DNA of 64,000 nt from a virus. This document shows positions 9,200-19,227 of the stretch, piece after piece. A program made the position numbers and the translations under genes. The stretch's first letter is position 1, and every line of letters begins with the position of its first letter. The stretch lies in the IMG/VR virus record IMGVR_UViG_3300044858_003284. One strand, written 5' to 3'. Under the pieces are notes generated by a model. That model did not search any database, had not been told where the DNA came from, and saw only the letters and a list, made by a program, of their open reading frames with translations.

Positions 9200-9694
9200 A
9201 TGTGGTTTTTGTCATTCATACCTGACTGGATTTTACAATGGGCAATACATGGTCTGGTTATACTTGGACTTGTATTAACATTTATAGGATCACTTGTTAA
9301 ATTTATACCTGTGATTCAACCGTATGCTTTAGTTGGTAGACAGGTCGGTATCGTATTGTTATTGATTGGTGTTTATTTTGAAGGCGGTTATGGTGTAGAA
9401 ATGTCATATCGTGCTAGAATAGCCGAAATGCAAGCAAAGATAAAAGAAGCAGAAGTTAAATCTGCTAAGCTTAATGAAAAGTTGACTGTTGAAGTTAGTA
9501 AGAATAAAGAGTTGATTAAAGAGAAGGTGAATAGGAATGCTAAAGATATTGAAGCGAAAAGGGAAGCTATTAACGCTGAGTGTAAGTTGTCTGATGATGC
9601 TTGGGTGCTCTACAACCGTGCCGTTGAGCCAAAAGTTTCCAGAAGCTCCTCAAGTGCTAATGGAGCCCGCTCCGGTTCTAAAGCCTCTAAGTAA
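9200..9694 (+). CDS. Inner-membrane spanin (Rz-like)
   Basis: N-terminal TM helices, coiled coil, overlapped by a lipoprotein gene. Confidence 0.75.
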   Translation: MWFLSFIPDWILQWAIHGLVILGLVLTFIGSLVKFIPVIQPYALVGRQVGIVLLLIGVYFEGGYGVEMSYRARIAEMQAKIKEAEVKSAKLNEKLTVEVSKNKELIKEKVNRNAKDIEAKREAINAECKLSDDAWVLYNRAVEPKVSRSSSSANGARSGSKASK

Positions 9695-9830
9695 AGATAA
9701 AAAAACATTAGCTGATATGTTAGAGAATGCTAATGAGAATTACGGATTGTATTATGAATTACAAGATAGATACAATGCGTGGCAGTTATGGTATAAACAA
9801 CAGAAACAAATATTTGATAACGTAAAATGA
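9537..9830 (+). CDS. Outer-membrane spanin lipoprotein (Rz1-like)
   Basis: Lipobox MLGC, Pro-rich segment, +1 frame overlap with the i-spanin. Confidence 0.75.
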   Translation: MLKILKRKGKLLTLSVSCLMMLGCSTTVPLSQKFPEAPQVLMEPAPVLKPLSKDKKTLADMLENANENYGLYYELQDRYNAWQLWYKQQKQIFDNVK

Positions 9831-10261
9831 AAAAATTATTAACCGTTTTATTAATGTTACCTTTGGTGGCATTTGCACAGAAAACTCCGCAAGGTGTAAC
9901 CTATGATGCTCAGATTGTCCGTGTAAACGATGGCGATACTGTGGTCATAGCGGCTCCCTTTTTACCGGCACCACTTAAACCCGAACTTGCCGTTAGAATA
10001 TTCGGTGTTGATACTCCAGAAAAAGGATTCAGAGCCCAATGCCCATCAGAAGATGCCAGAGGACAAGCCGCTACAGAATTCACAAAGAAAGCTGTATCCG
10101 CTTCCACTCAGCGTCAAGTTGTGTTGTATGGCTGGGATAAATTTGGTGGCCGTGTCTTGGGTGATATCATACTAAATGGTCAATCACTACGCACCATGTT
10201 AATTAAAAATGGCTTTGCCCGTGAATATTTTGGTGAAGCAAAACAAAGTTGGTGTAACTAA
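9827..10261 (+). CDS. Thermonuclease (SNase family) with signal peptide
   Basis: VNDGDT, RIFGVDTPE, DKFGGRVLG; signal peptide ending AFA. Confidence 0.85.
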   Translation: MKKLLTVLLMLPLVAFAQKTPQGVTYDAQIVRVNDGDTVVIAAPFLPAPLKPELAVRIFGVDTPEKGFRAQCPSEDARGQAATEFTKKAVSASTQRQVVLYGWDKFGGRVLGDIILNGQSLRTMLIKNGFAREYFGEAKQSWCN

Positions 10262-10665
10262 TGAAAAGATTATTACCTTTATTGTTCGTTTTGTCATTAA
10301 GTGGTTGCACATTATTTGATGCCTATTTTATGGCCAAGTATGACACTAACGAATACTTCATCGTTAATGATATTAAAACGAAGGCACAGATTGCAGAAGA
10401 AAATTGTGGTAACCAATTGTTGGTTGTTACACAGGTAAATGATTTGTATATCAAAGCATTGGAGTTTAAAAACTTCACAAGTCATATACCAAGAAATAAA
10501 GATACAGATAATATGTCGACAAAATTATTGACATTAACAAAAGACACAAGAGATTATTTTAATAAAGCCGAAAAGATTTCACCAGTATTTTGTAAAGCAA
10601 AGTTGCAACAAGTTATTAAATCAGCAGATACCATTCAACATGTTTTAGGGAGTAAACCGAGATGA
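10261..10665 (+). CDS. Lipoprotein
   Basis: Lipobox LSGC. Confidence 0.7.
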   Translation: MKRLLPLLFVLSLSGCTLFDAYFMAKYDTNEYFIVNDIKTKAQIAEENCGNQLLVVTQVNDLYIKALEFKNFTSHIPRNKDTDNMSTKLLTLTKDTRDYFNKAEKISPVFCKAKLQQVIKSADTIQHVLGSKPR

Positions 10666-10868
10666 ATCCAGAACAATTAAATGCTTTGATTATAGAATAT
10701 AATAAAATGTGGGCCGAAGGTCAGATTAGCAAAGAAGAATACATTCAATTAATAGAAGGCATTAACATTATGGAAGGCATCAATGATGATGCTGAAGGCT
10801 TAGCACTTAAAGAACAATTGAACACAATGATAAACGCAGCAATCTCTGTTGCAAAAATGGCGGTATAA
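10662..10868 (+). CDS. Hypothetical protein
   Basis: Coupled ORF within the operon. Confidence 0.6.
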   Translation: MNPEQLNALIIEYNKMWAEGQISKEEYIQLIEGINIMEGINDDAEGLALKEQLNTMINAAISVAKMAV

Positions 10869-10869
10869 A

Positions 10870-11496
10870 ATGGAACTAACAAAAGACCAACTCAAACAAT
10901 TACTGCCAAAGAATCCATACATTGACCAATGGCATAATGCTCTAGCACAACTTTTGCCTGAGTATGAGATTAATACTCCTCAACGCATTGCAGCTTTCAT
11001 AGCACAATGCGCTCACGAATCGGGTAATTTTATGTTTCTCAAAGAAAATCTAAATTATCGTGCTGCAACATTACGTAAATTATTTGGTAAGTATTTTCCT
11101 ACAGATGCACTAGCAGAAGAATATGCTAACAAACCAAATAAACAAGAAGCTATCGCAAATCGTATCTATGCTAATCGTATGGGAAATGGACCAGAAGAAT
11201 CTGGTGACGGATTTAGATATTGTGGCCGTGGACTCATTCAATTGACAGGCAAAGAAAACTATTCTTGGTTCGCTGCCTCACTTGGTATTACCGTTGAAGA
11301 GGCATCTGAATATTTACAAACATTTGAAGGTGCAGCTCAATCTGCTTGTTGGTTTTGGGAAACAAACAATCTCAATCAATGGGCCGACAAAGGTGACATT
11401 CTCACATTAACAAAGCGTATCAATGGTGGCACCATTGGTCTTGAAGATAGAGTTAAACATTATGAACACGCACTTCATGTATTAGGAGTTCATTAA
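10870..11496 (+). CDS. Glycoside hydrolase family 19 endolysin
   Basis: AAFIAQCAHES, ENLNY, GRGLIQLTGKENY, RINGG. Confidence 0.9.
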   Translation: MELTKDQLKQLLPKNPYIDQWHNALAQLLPEYEINTPQRIAAFIAQCAHESGNFMFLKENLNYRAATLRKLFGKYFPTDALAEEYANKPNKQEAIANRIYANRMGNGPEESGDGFRYCGRGLIQLTGKENYSWFAASLGITVEEASEYLQTFEGAAQSACWFWETNNLNQWADKGDILTLTKRINGGTIGLEDRVKHYEHALHVLGVH

Positions 11497-11768
11497 TGAA
11501 CGATAAAAAGTTAATGAAATGGATATTGTTCATTTTGTTATTACCTTTAACATTGGCGTATTTTAGTGGTGACCGATTCCGTTATCCATGCCAAGATCCA
11601 AATAATTGGGATAAACCAATGTGCAAGTTACCATACTGTGATGTAACAAGAACTTGTCCGGAACATATTTTCAAAGGCCAAAATGATCCACGAATTGGTC
11701 CAGATGGTAATCAACCTATGTCACAAAAAACACCAGTCACGCCAGTAACAGGAGCAAATTGCAAATGA
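11496..11768 (+). CDS. Small membrane-anchored Cys-rich protein
   Basis: TM helix followed by YPCQDP..C...C....TCP. Confidence 0.6.
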   Translation: MNDKKLMKWILFILLLPLTLAYFSGDRFRYPCQDPNNWDKPMCKLPYCDVTRTCPEHIFKGQNDPRIGPDGNQPMSQKTPVTPVTGANCK

Positions 11769-12283
11769 ACTTAAATATTTTTAATAAAGAAGAAAAACAA
11801 CCAGAGCAAAACTTCATGTATACCGAAGATCAGCTTATGGCTCGGTTACGGTTCTTCATTGGTATTTGTTTAGCACTTACATTGTTTGGTATTGTGTTTG
11901 TTGTATTATATTCGTTGATATTTGTAACACAACCACTCAATGCTATTTCACCGATTGACCAGAAGTTTTTTGAGTTAATTGTGCCTATCGCCACATTTCT
12001 AACCGGCACATTATCAGGTATCATGTTGGCTGGTGGTGATAAAGAGTCACAAAAGATTGCACTACAAGCAGCAACAGCGAAAACAACAGTATCGCCTGCA
12101 CCAACAACTCCATCTGCACCTTCAACAAGTTTTGGTGGTAACACATCACAATTTACAAGTTCATTTGGCGGAAATACCAATCAATTTACCGCAACACCAA
12201 CAGCTGCACCGTTTACACCATCTGTTACAACAGGATTTGGTGGTAAACCTGCACCTGTTCAACCACCACAACCGGAGTTATAA
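11765..12283 (+). CDS. Two-TM membrane protein (holin-like) with Pro/Thr tail
   Basis: Two hydrophobic helices; SFGGNTxQFT tandem repeat. Confidence 0.55.
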   Translation: MNLNIFNKEEKQPEQNFMYTEDQLMARLRFFIGICLALTLFGIVFVVLYSLIFVTQPLNAISPIDQKFFELIVPIATFLTGTLSGIMLAGGDKESQKIALQAATAKTTVSPAPTTPSAPSTSFGGNTSQFTSSFGGNTNQFTATPTAAPFTPSVTTGFGGKPAPVQPPQPEL

Positions 12284-12286
12284 TAA

Positions 12287-12511
12287 ATGAATTGGTTAAA
12301 TAGTATGTTGTCAGATGGAACAAATGGTTCTATTAGTAGTAAAAGATTTGTGACGGTAACGGCTTTTGTCGTATGCACGTTTGCTCTTATTGCTGATATT
12401 TTTGGTTATAAAGTAACACCATCATTATTTGATTCAATGATATATTTGGTAATCGCAGGATTAGGTTTTACTGCCTCAGAAAAATTTGCTAAAAAGGAAG
12501 AACAAAAATGA
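12287..12511 (+). CDS. Small two-TM holin-like protein
   Basis: SSKR followed by two TM segments and a charged C-terminus. Confidence 0.55.
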   Translation: MNWLNSMLSDGTNGSISSKRFVTVTAFVVCTFALIADIFGYKVTPSLFDSMIYLVIAGLGFTASEKFAKKEEQK

Positions 12512-12699
12512 AAAAGCTTTTAATTGCACTTAATATTGTCGCTTGGTCTTTAGTTGGTTATCAAGTTGCTCAAGCAGCTGAAACCAAAAAAGCCTGTGTG
12601 ATGCAAAAAGATCCAAAGACTGGTAAAGAAAAAGAAGTTTGCAAAGAAATTAAAGTGCATAAGAAATTAGATGGCACTAAAGTACCAGAAAAGAAATAA
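12508..12699 (+). CDS. Small secreted basic protein
   Basis: Signal peptide, two Cys. Confidence 0.55.
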   Translation: MKKLLIALNIVAWSLVGYQVAQAAETKKACVMQKDPKTGKEKEVCKEIKVHKKLDGTKVPEKK

Positions 12700-13122
12700 A
12701 TGTCAGAGTTTGACGATACCGACATTAAAGTTGATATTGGTGTTTTAAAGACACAGGTATTGACTTTATCTGCACTTTGTAATAAAATGGACCAGGTTAT
12801 AGAGAAACTGGTAGATCAACACGACCGGCATATTGCAAAGGTATATACAGACATGGATAATCGTAGACTCGAAACGGAGGCTGATATCAAAGAAATACAT
12901 CAACGAATAGATACCGTTTTGGATAAAATGGAAAGTTCTAATAAAGAGATTATGGAAGAATTCAAATCTCTCCGTAAAGATATGAGTGACCACAACAAAA
13001 ACGAAAAAGAATCTCTCGATAAAATACTACAATGGAAATGGATGGTTGCCGGTGGTATTATTGCTGTTTCATGGTTGATTTCTAATGTAAATTTAGATAC
13101 AATAAGTAAGTTAATTAAATAA
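12700..13122 (+). CDS. Coiled-coil protein with C-terminal TM helix
   Basis: Heptad pattern; KWMVAGGIIAVSWL. Confidence 0.6.
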   Translation: MSEFDDTDIKVDIGVLKTQVLTLSALCNKMDQVIEKLVDQHDRHIAKVYTDMDNRRLETEADIKEIHQRIDTVLDKMESSNKEIMEEFKSLRKDMSDHNKNEKESLDKILQWKWMVAGGIIAVSWLISNVNLDTISKLIK

Positions 13123-13144
13123 GAATTTTTTGAAATAATATATT

Positions 13145-14155
13145 ATGAGTGTTTTCATCGACAGGACTTTCCTGTTACAACTTTCGCCAAAATTACAAAG
13201 GTTTACCAAGAAGAAGGATGACCTTTATAATTTTAGGTGTCCTCTATGTGGTGATTCTCAAAAGAATAAGCTAAAATCTCGTGGTTATGTTTATCGCAAA
13301 AAGAATGATTATTTCTTCATGTGTCATAACTGTGGAGTTAGCACCACATTCTATAACTTCCTAAAACAAGTAGACCCGAACTTACTTAAAGAGTATGCTC
13401 TTGAACGATATAAGAATGGTGAAACAGGAAATAACAATTATGAGAAACCAAAATTCGAAGAGGCAAAAACAACCAAGCCAATATTTAAAAAATCGTTGGA
13501 CCTTCCATCTATCGACTCTTTACCAGAGGCACATTTTGCTAAAGTCTATGTTCAGTCAAGACGGATTCCGGAGGCCTTTCTCTCGCAACTATACTATGCG
13601 GAAGATTTCGCAGCCTTCATACAAAGTCTTGGGATTGAGAAGGAACTCACTAAAAACGATAAGCGTCTTGTCATACCGTTCTATGATGCGGAAAAGAATC
13701 TAGTAGCCATACAAGGCAGAGCATTAGGTGAATCAAAGTTAAGATATATTACTATTAAGACACACGAAGATAACCATAAGATATTTGGACTTGATAGGAT
13801 TGACGAGGAGAAGATGATCTATGTGGTCGAAGGTCCGATTGACTCAATGTTCATTGATAATGCTGTGGCCACGGCAGATAGTAACCTAGAATCCATCACA
13901 TCTATATACGATAAGTCCAAAGTAACATTGATATTTGATAATGAACCACGTAATAAAGAAATTATTAAAAAAATTGATGATGCAATAGAAAAACATTATA
14001 ATGTAGTAATTTGGCCAGATATGATTGATTCTAAAGATATTAACGATATGGTCAAAGATGGTTTCTCACCAGACGAAATCCAAGATATCATAAGTAAAAA
14101 TACATTCGTAAATTTGAGAGCAAAAGCTGAATTTATTCGGTGGAAAAAGATTTAA
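13145..14155 (+). CDS. 61: DNA primase (T4 gp61-like)
   Basis: Zn finger CPLCGD..CHNC; TOPRIM VEGPIDS, FDNE, KDINDM. Confidence 0.95.
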   Translation: MSVFIDRTFLLQLSPKLQRFTKKKDDLYNFRCPLCGDSQKNKLKSRGYVYRKKNDYFFMCHNCGVSTTFYNFLKQVDPNLLKEYALERYKNGETGNNNYEKPKFEEAKTTKPIFKKSLDLPSIDSLPEAHFAKVYVQSRRIPEAFLSQLYYAEDFAAFIQSLGIEKELTKNDKRLVIPFYDAEKNLVAIQGRALGESKLRYITIKTHEDNHKIFGLDRIDEEKMIYVVEGPIDSMFIDNAVATADSNLESITSIYDKSKVTLIFDNEPRNKEIIKKIDDAIEKHYNVVIWPDMIDSKDINDMVKDGFSPDEIQDIISKNTFVNLRAKAEFIRWKKI

Positions 14156-14191
14156 GTAATTGTAGTAATAATAATAAGAGGCGAAATAAGC

Positions 14192-15979
14192 ATGACTGAA
14201 TACCTAGGCATTAAAATAGATTTACAAAGAGATAAATTGTTTGATGAACTTGGCATTAAAAGACTTAAAGAAAGTTACATGAAGGAAGATGAAGAATCAC
14301 CACAACACAGATTCGCATTTGTATCGAAATCGTTTAGTTCCAATCCGGAACACGCACAGAGATTATACGACTACGCTAGCAAACATTGGCTGTCTTATTC
14401 TACTCCCATTCTTTCTTTTGGTCGTTCTAAGCGTGGTATGCCTATATCATGCTTTCTTAATTACATTGAAGATACTGCGGAGGGACTAGTTGATAACCTA
14501 TCAGAAACTAATTGGCTTTCTATGCTCGGGGGTGGTGTTGGCATTGGCTTTGGTATTCGTTCAGCAGACGATAAATCTACTGGTGTCATGCCTCACCTCA
14601 AAATCTATGACGCCAGTTCTTTGGCATACCGGCAAGGTCGCACTCGCAGGGGCAGTTATGCTGCTTACCTCAGCATTTCTCATCCAGATATTATCCCTTT
14701 CTTAGAGATGCGGAAGCCGACAGGCGACCCTAATGTTCGTTGTTTGAATCTACACCATGGTATTAATATCACTGATGATTTTATGAACATCATTGAAAAG
14801 TGTATGTTGGATCCTGAAGCAAAAGATGATTGGGAATTAAAAGACCCACACTCAGGTGAAGTCCGTGAAGTTGTATCAGCAAAAGAACTTTGGCAAAAAA
14901 TTCTAGAGCTTCGTATGATGACCGGTGAACCATACATTCATTACATCGATACAAGTAACCGTGAACTACCAGAATTTCTCAAAGATAAAGGTTTGAAGAT
15001 TCACCAATCAAATCTTTGTTCAGAGATTATTCTACCTACAAACGAAGAGCGCACAGCAGTATGTTGCCTATCTTCATTGAACTTGGAGAACTATGATGAA
15101 TGGAAGTCTGAACCATTATTTCTCAAAGACGTTGCCGAAATGCTTGATAACGTCCTTAATTACTTCATCGCTAATGCTCCTGATGCTATCGCTCGTGCAA
15201 GATATAGTGCCGAAAGAGAACGTTCTATCGGTATCGGTGCTCTTGGGTTCCATGCTTATCTACAGCGTAATGGCATTGCTTTTGAAGGAGTAATGGCCAA
15301 AGTTGCAAACAACAGAATGTTCAAACACATTAAAGAAGGATTAGATGTTGCAAATATTGAATTGGGTAAAGAACGTGGTGAAGCACCAGATGCAGTCGGC
15401 ACCGGCCGCAGGTTTAGTCATGTTATGGCTATCGCTCCTAATGCTAGTAGCTCTATCATTATGGGTAATACATCACCTAGTGTTGAGCCATACCGTGCTA
15501 ATGCTTATCGGCAAGATACACTATCTGGTGCTTACTTAAACAAGAATCGTTGGTTGGATGTTATCATCAAAGAGAAAGCAAAAGACGAAGAAGAATATAA
15601 TGAAATTTGGTCGTCTATCATTGCGAATGATGGTTCAGTTCAGCATTTAGATATACTCGATGAAGCAGTTAAAGATGTATTCAAAACATCTATGGAAATT
15701 GATCAACGATGGGTGATTGATTTGGCTGCTGATCGTCAAGCATATATCGACCAAGCACAATCACTCAATCTGTTCTTTAGACCAGATGCACACATCAAAT
15801 ATATTCATGCTATTCATTTCATGGCATGGAAAAAAGGATTGAAAACTTTGTATTATTGCCGTTCAGAGAAGATTGGTAAAGCTGATAAAGTATCCAAAAA
15901 GATTGAACGACAAGTAATTAAAGAATTGGACATGGAACAAATAGCACAAGGTAATGACTGTATTGCTTGCGAAGGTTAA
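14192..15979 (+). CDS. nrdA: Ribonucleotide reductase class I alpha subunit, no ATP cone
   Basis: SNLCSEI, IAPNASSS, KTLYY, C-terminal CIACEG. Confidence 0.95.
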   Translation: MTEYLGIKIDLQRDKLFDELGIKRLKESYMKEDEESPQHRFAFVSKSFSSNPEHAQRLYDYASKHWLSYSTPILSFGRSKRGMPISCFLNYIEDTAEGLVDNLSETNWLSMLGGGVGIGFGIRSADDKSTGVMPHLKIYDASSLAYRQGRTRRGSYAAYLSISHPDIIPFLEMRKPTGDPNVRCLNLHHGINITDDFMNIIEKCMLDPEAKDDWELKDPHSGEVREVVSAKELWQKILELRMMTGEPYIHYIDTSNRELPEFLKDKGLKIHQSNLCSEIILPTNEERTAVCCLSSLNLENYDEWKSEPLFLKDVAEMLDNVLNYFIANAPDAIARARYSAERERSIGIGALGFHAYLQRNGIAFEGVMAKVANNRMFKHIKEGLDVANIELGKERGEAPDAVGTGRRFSHVMAIAPNASSSIIMGNTSPSVEPYRANAYRQDTLSGAYLNKNRWLDVIIKEKAKDEEEYNEIWSSIIANDGSVQHLDILDEAVKDVFKTSMEIDQRWVIDLAADRQAYIDQAQSLNLFFRPDAHIKYIHAIHFMAWKKGLKTLYYCRSEKIGKADKVSKKIERQVIKELDMEQIAQGNDCIACEG

Positions 15980-15996
15980 TTTAAGGAAAAACAATA

Positions 15997-16983
15997 ATGA
16001 TAAAAAAAATAGAATCAAATCTTTCGGAAGAACGCAATTATTTCAAACCTTTTAATTATCCATGGGCATATGAAGCTTGGTTGAAACATGAGCAATCTCA
16101 TTGGTTACACACCGAAGTTCCTATGGCTGAAGATGTAAAAGATTGGAAGAAAAAATTAAGTAAAGAAGAAAAAACATTTTTAACTCAAATATTCCGTTTC
16201 TTTACACAAGGTGATATTGATGTGGCTGGTGGATATGTTAAGAATTATCTGCCATACTTTCCACAACCAGAAATTCGTATGATGCTAACAGGATTCGCTG
16301 CCAGAGAGGCGTTACACATTGCAGCTTACTCACACCTCATTGAAACACTAGGTCTACCTGAAACCACATACAATGAGTTCCTAGAGTATGAAGCGATGCG
16401 TGAGAAACATGATTACATTATGGACATCTCTAGTAAGAATACCACAAGAGAGAATACTGCCACACATATTGCTGTGTTCTCCGCCTTTACTGAAGGTATG
16501 CAATTGTTTAGTTCGTTCATCATGTTATTAAACTTTGCTCGTCATGGTAAAATGAAAGGTATGGGACAAATTATTACTTGGTCGATTGTTGATGAAACTC
16601 AACACGCAGAATCCATGATTAAATTATTCAGAACATACATAGAAGAAAATCGTGAGATTTGGAATGATGAACTCAAAGGAAAAATCTACACGGTTGCTGA
16701 GAGAATGGTTCAACTAGAAGATAAGTTTATTGACCTAGCATTTGGTGTAAATCAAATGGAAGGACTCTCAGCAGAAGATGTTAAGAAGTATATTCGTTAT
16801 ATTGCAGACCGCCGATTGATTTCATTAGGACTCAAAGGTGTGTTTAAAGTGAAAAAGAATCCTCTACCATGGGTAGAAGAAATGATTAACGCACCAACAC
16901 ATACTAATTTCTTTGAAAATCGTGCTACTGACTATGCAAAAGGAGCTTTGTCTGGAAATTGGGGAGATGTTTGGGCTCATTAA
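15997..16983 (+). CDS. nrdB: Ribonucleotide reductase class I beta subunit
   Basis: REALHIAAYS, VDETQH, NFFE..ATDY. Confidence 0.95.
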   Translation: MIKKIESNLSEERNYFKPFNYPWAYEAWLKHEQSHWLHTEVPMAEDVKDWKKKLSKEEKTFLTQIFRFFTQGDIDVAGGYVKNYLPYFPQPEIRMMLTGFAAREALHIAAYSHLIETLGLPETTYNEFLEYEAMREKHDYIMDISSKNTTRENTATHIAVFSAFTEGMQLFSSFIMLLNFARHGKMKGMGQIITWSIVDETQHAESMIKLFRTYIEENREIWNDELKGKIYTVAERMVQLEDKFIDLAFGVNQMEGLSAEDVKKYIRYIADRRLISLGLKGVFKVKKNPLPWVEEMINAPTHTNFFENRATDYAKGALSGNWGDVWAH

Positions 16984-16992
16984 GGAATTTAA

Positions 16993-17181
16993 ATGACAAA
17001 CAAATCATTATCAGGTGAATGCCTGAGTTGTGAATCAACTTATAACGTATCGTATATGGAAGAAATGGTATCTCAAGACTTACCAGAACATTGTCCATTC
17101 TGTGGTGAACAAATCGAAGAATTATCCGAGGACTATATAGAGGATGATGACGATGATTTGGACACTAAGGAATGGGACTAA
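16993..17181 (+). CDS. Small zinc-ribbon protein
   Basis: CLSC..CPFCG; acidic tail. Confidence 0.7.
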   Translation: MTNKSLSGECLSCESTYNVSYMEEMVSQDLPEHCPFCGEQIEELSEDYIEDDDDDLDTKEWD

Positions 17182-17585
17182 ACTGGCAATATGATGGTAA
17201 AGATTTTACGGAAGACTTGATTGGTGATAATTACGGGTTCGTGTATCAGATTACTAATCTGACGAATGGTAAAAAATACATAGGCAAGAAATTTTTTTAT
17301 TCTACCAAAACCAAACAAGTCAAAGGTAAAAAGAAAAAACTCAAAGTCCAATCTAATTGGCAAACTTACTATGGAAGTAGTGACATCTTACAGAAAGATG
17401 TGTTACAATTAGGACATGAAAAATTTGTCCGTGAAATACTTCATTTATGTAAATCAAAAGGTGAATGTGGTTATCTCGAAGCAAAAGAGCAATTTGTTCG
17501 TGGTGTAATGGAAAGCGATGACTATTACAATACATGGATAATGGTACGAGTTAGAAAATCACATATAAAAGGATTACAATGTTAG
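17172..17585 (+). CDS. denA: GIY-YIG endonuclease II-like
   Basis: GFVY..KYIGKK, YYGSS; short, downstream of nrdB as in T4. Confidence 0.75.
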   Translation: MGLNWQYDGKDFTEDLIGDNYGFVYQITNLTNGKKYIGKKFFYSTKTKQVKGKKKKLKVQSNWQTYYGSSDILQKDVLQLGHEKFVREILHLCKSKGECGYLEAKEQFVRGVMESDDYYNTWIMVRVRKSHIKGLQC

Positions 17586-17926
17586 AAATGTTAAAGCCTC
17601 TGAAAGATGAAAAATTAGATTTTCTTTATTTTTTGGCAGGTGAAACAGAAGATCAAATTCACATCATGAGTTCACAGTATGCAAATCCTGGTGAAAAGAT
17701 TGGTGGAAATTCATTAGGTGATTTATATCACATTGTATTGTTCCGTGAGAGTAAAGAGAATTCGGAAGAATATGATGATGTTGATGAATTTGAAGCAATT
17801 CTTGCCTGTCCGTTAGAATACGCTTCTGGTTTAATACCAGGTGGATTTTTTGGTATAATTGCCAGAAAGACTACCACATCAGACAAACTCGTAAACAAAA
17901 TTCTTGCCTTAATGAAAAAGAAGTGA
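17579..17926 (+). CDS. Hypothetical protein
   Basis: Coupled ORF. Confidence 0.6.
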   Translation: MLEMLKPLKDEKLDFLYFLAGETEDQIHIMSSQYANPGEKIGGNSLGDLYHIVLFRESKENSEEYDDVDEFEAILACPLEYASGLIPGGFFGIIARKTTTSDKLVNKILALMKKK

Positions 17927-17932
17927 TATAAT
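17904..17932 (+). promoter_or_regulatory. Sigma70-type promoter for rnh
   Basis: TTGCCT-17-TATAAT with extended TG. Confidence 0.65.
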
Positions 17933-17959
17933 ATAATTTTGAAACTGTGAAAGTTTGTT

Positions 17960-18805
17960 ATGATTCTCGTTGACTTAAATCAAGTATTACTGGCCGGTCT
18001 TATGGCTCAAATTGCCAACCATAAAGGCAAATTAGATGAAAACCTAATTCGTCATATGGTGTTAAACATCATTCGTAATCACCTGAAGAACTTTAGAGGT
18101 GAATATGGTGAAGTTGTTCTTTGTTGTGATAACCGTAAATACTGGCGCAAAGAATTCTTTCCATTCTACAAAGCATCTCGCAAAAAGAATCGTGAAAAGT
18201 CGGATTTAGATTGGCATCTGATTTTCGACATTCTTGCTAAACTAAAGCAAGAACTCAAAGAAAATTTCCCATATAAAGTAATTGATGTAGAAGGTGCCGA
18301 AGCGGATGATATCATTGGCACCCTGGTACCAATTTATTCACCACACCAAAAGGTTTTGATTCTTTCAAGTGATGGTGACTTTCTACAATTACAAATGTAT
18401 GGTGAGAATGTCAAACAATACAACCCATCTCAAAAGAAATTCATAAAGTCTATAGACCCACTCTCAGAACTAAAAGAGAAAATCATTCGTGGCGACAAAG
18501 GTGATGGCATACCAAACATTTTCTCTCCAGCTGATTGTTTTGTCCGTGATTTAAGACAGAAACCTATTACTCAAAAGGTCATTGAGAAATACATGGCCGA
18601 ACATTATGGTGAATGGCAAGATGAATCAGCGAGAACTGGTTTCTCTCGTAACCAGACACTAATCGATCTTAGAAACATTCCCGGCGACATCAAACAGAAA
18701 ATTATAAATAGTTATGAGGAGACAAAACCTGCCAGAGGTAAGTTACTCAATTATTTTATTGAACATAAACTGAAAAATCTGATGGAAGTGATCGAGGAAT
18801 TTTAA
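17960..18805 (+). CDS. rnh: RNase H / 5'-3' exonuclease
   Basis: ILVDLNQ, YKASRKK, EADDIIG, SSDGDF, GDKGDGIPN. Confidence 0.95.
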   Translation: MILVDLNQVLLAGLMAQIANHKGKLDENLIRHMVLNIIRNHLKNFRGEYGEVVLCCDNRKYWRKEFFPFYKASRKKNREKSDLDWHLIFDILAKLKQELKENFPYKVIDVEGAEADDIIGTLVPIYSPHQKVLILSSDGDFLQLQMYGENVKQYNPSQKKFIKSIDPLSELKEKIIRGDKGDGIPNIFSPADCFVRDLRQKPITQKVIEKYMAEHYGEWQDESARTGFSRNQTLIDLRNIPGDIKQKIINSYEETKPARGKLLNYFIEHKLKNLMEVIEEF

Positions 18806-19227
18806 TGAAGAACATTTATGAAATATTTGATGAATTTGAAGAAGCTACATCTAAAAAAGACAGAATGGCGGTAATTGAAAAGAATTTATCAAAAACATTG
18901 GTACAAGTTTTAGAATTGGCATTTCATCCAGCATATGAATGGTTAATAACCGAAATGCCGGTTGAATATAAGATACCTGATACATTACCTGGAGTTTCAA
19001 GGTGTCAGTTATCAACAGAAATTCGAAAATTGTATTTGTTTAGAAAAGGTGATGCATCTGCTGAAAAATTGTCGGATGAAAAGAGAAAACAATTACTATT
19101 ACAGTTAATTGAATCTATTGAACCGAGAGAAGCAGAAGTTGTTATTGGTATATTGAGTAAAGACTTAGGTGTTAAAGGTTTAAACTATAAGTTTGTCAAA
19201 GAGGCTTTTCCACAACTTTTACCATAA
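18805..19227 (+). CDS. Conserved hypothetical protein following rnh (DUF6433-like)
   Basis: Gene position; LLQLIESI..EAEV..KEAFPQLL. Confidence 0.6.
   Translation: MKNIYEIFDEFEEATSKKDRMAVIEKNLSKTLVQVLELAFHPAYEWLITEMPVEYKIPDTLPGVSRCQLSTEIRKLYLFRKGDASAEKLSDEKRKQLLLQLIESIEPREAEVVIGILSKDLGVKGLNYKFVKEAFPQLLP

Noticed and set aside
17172-17585. GIY-YIG gene as a homing endonuclease or intron marker
   Set aside because: Short, no DNA-binding tail, at the denA position; nrdA and nrdB are uninterrupted.
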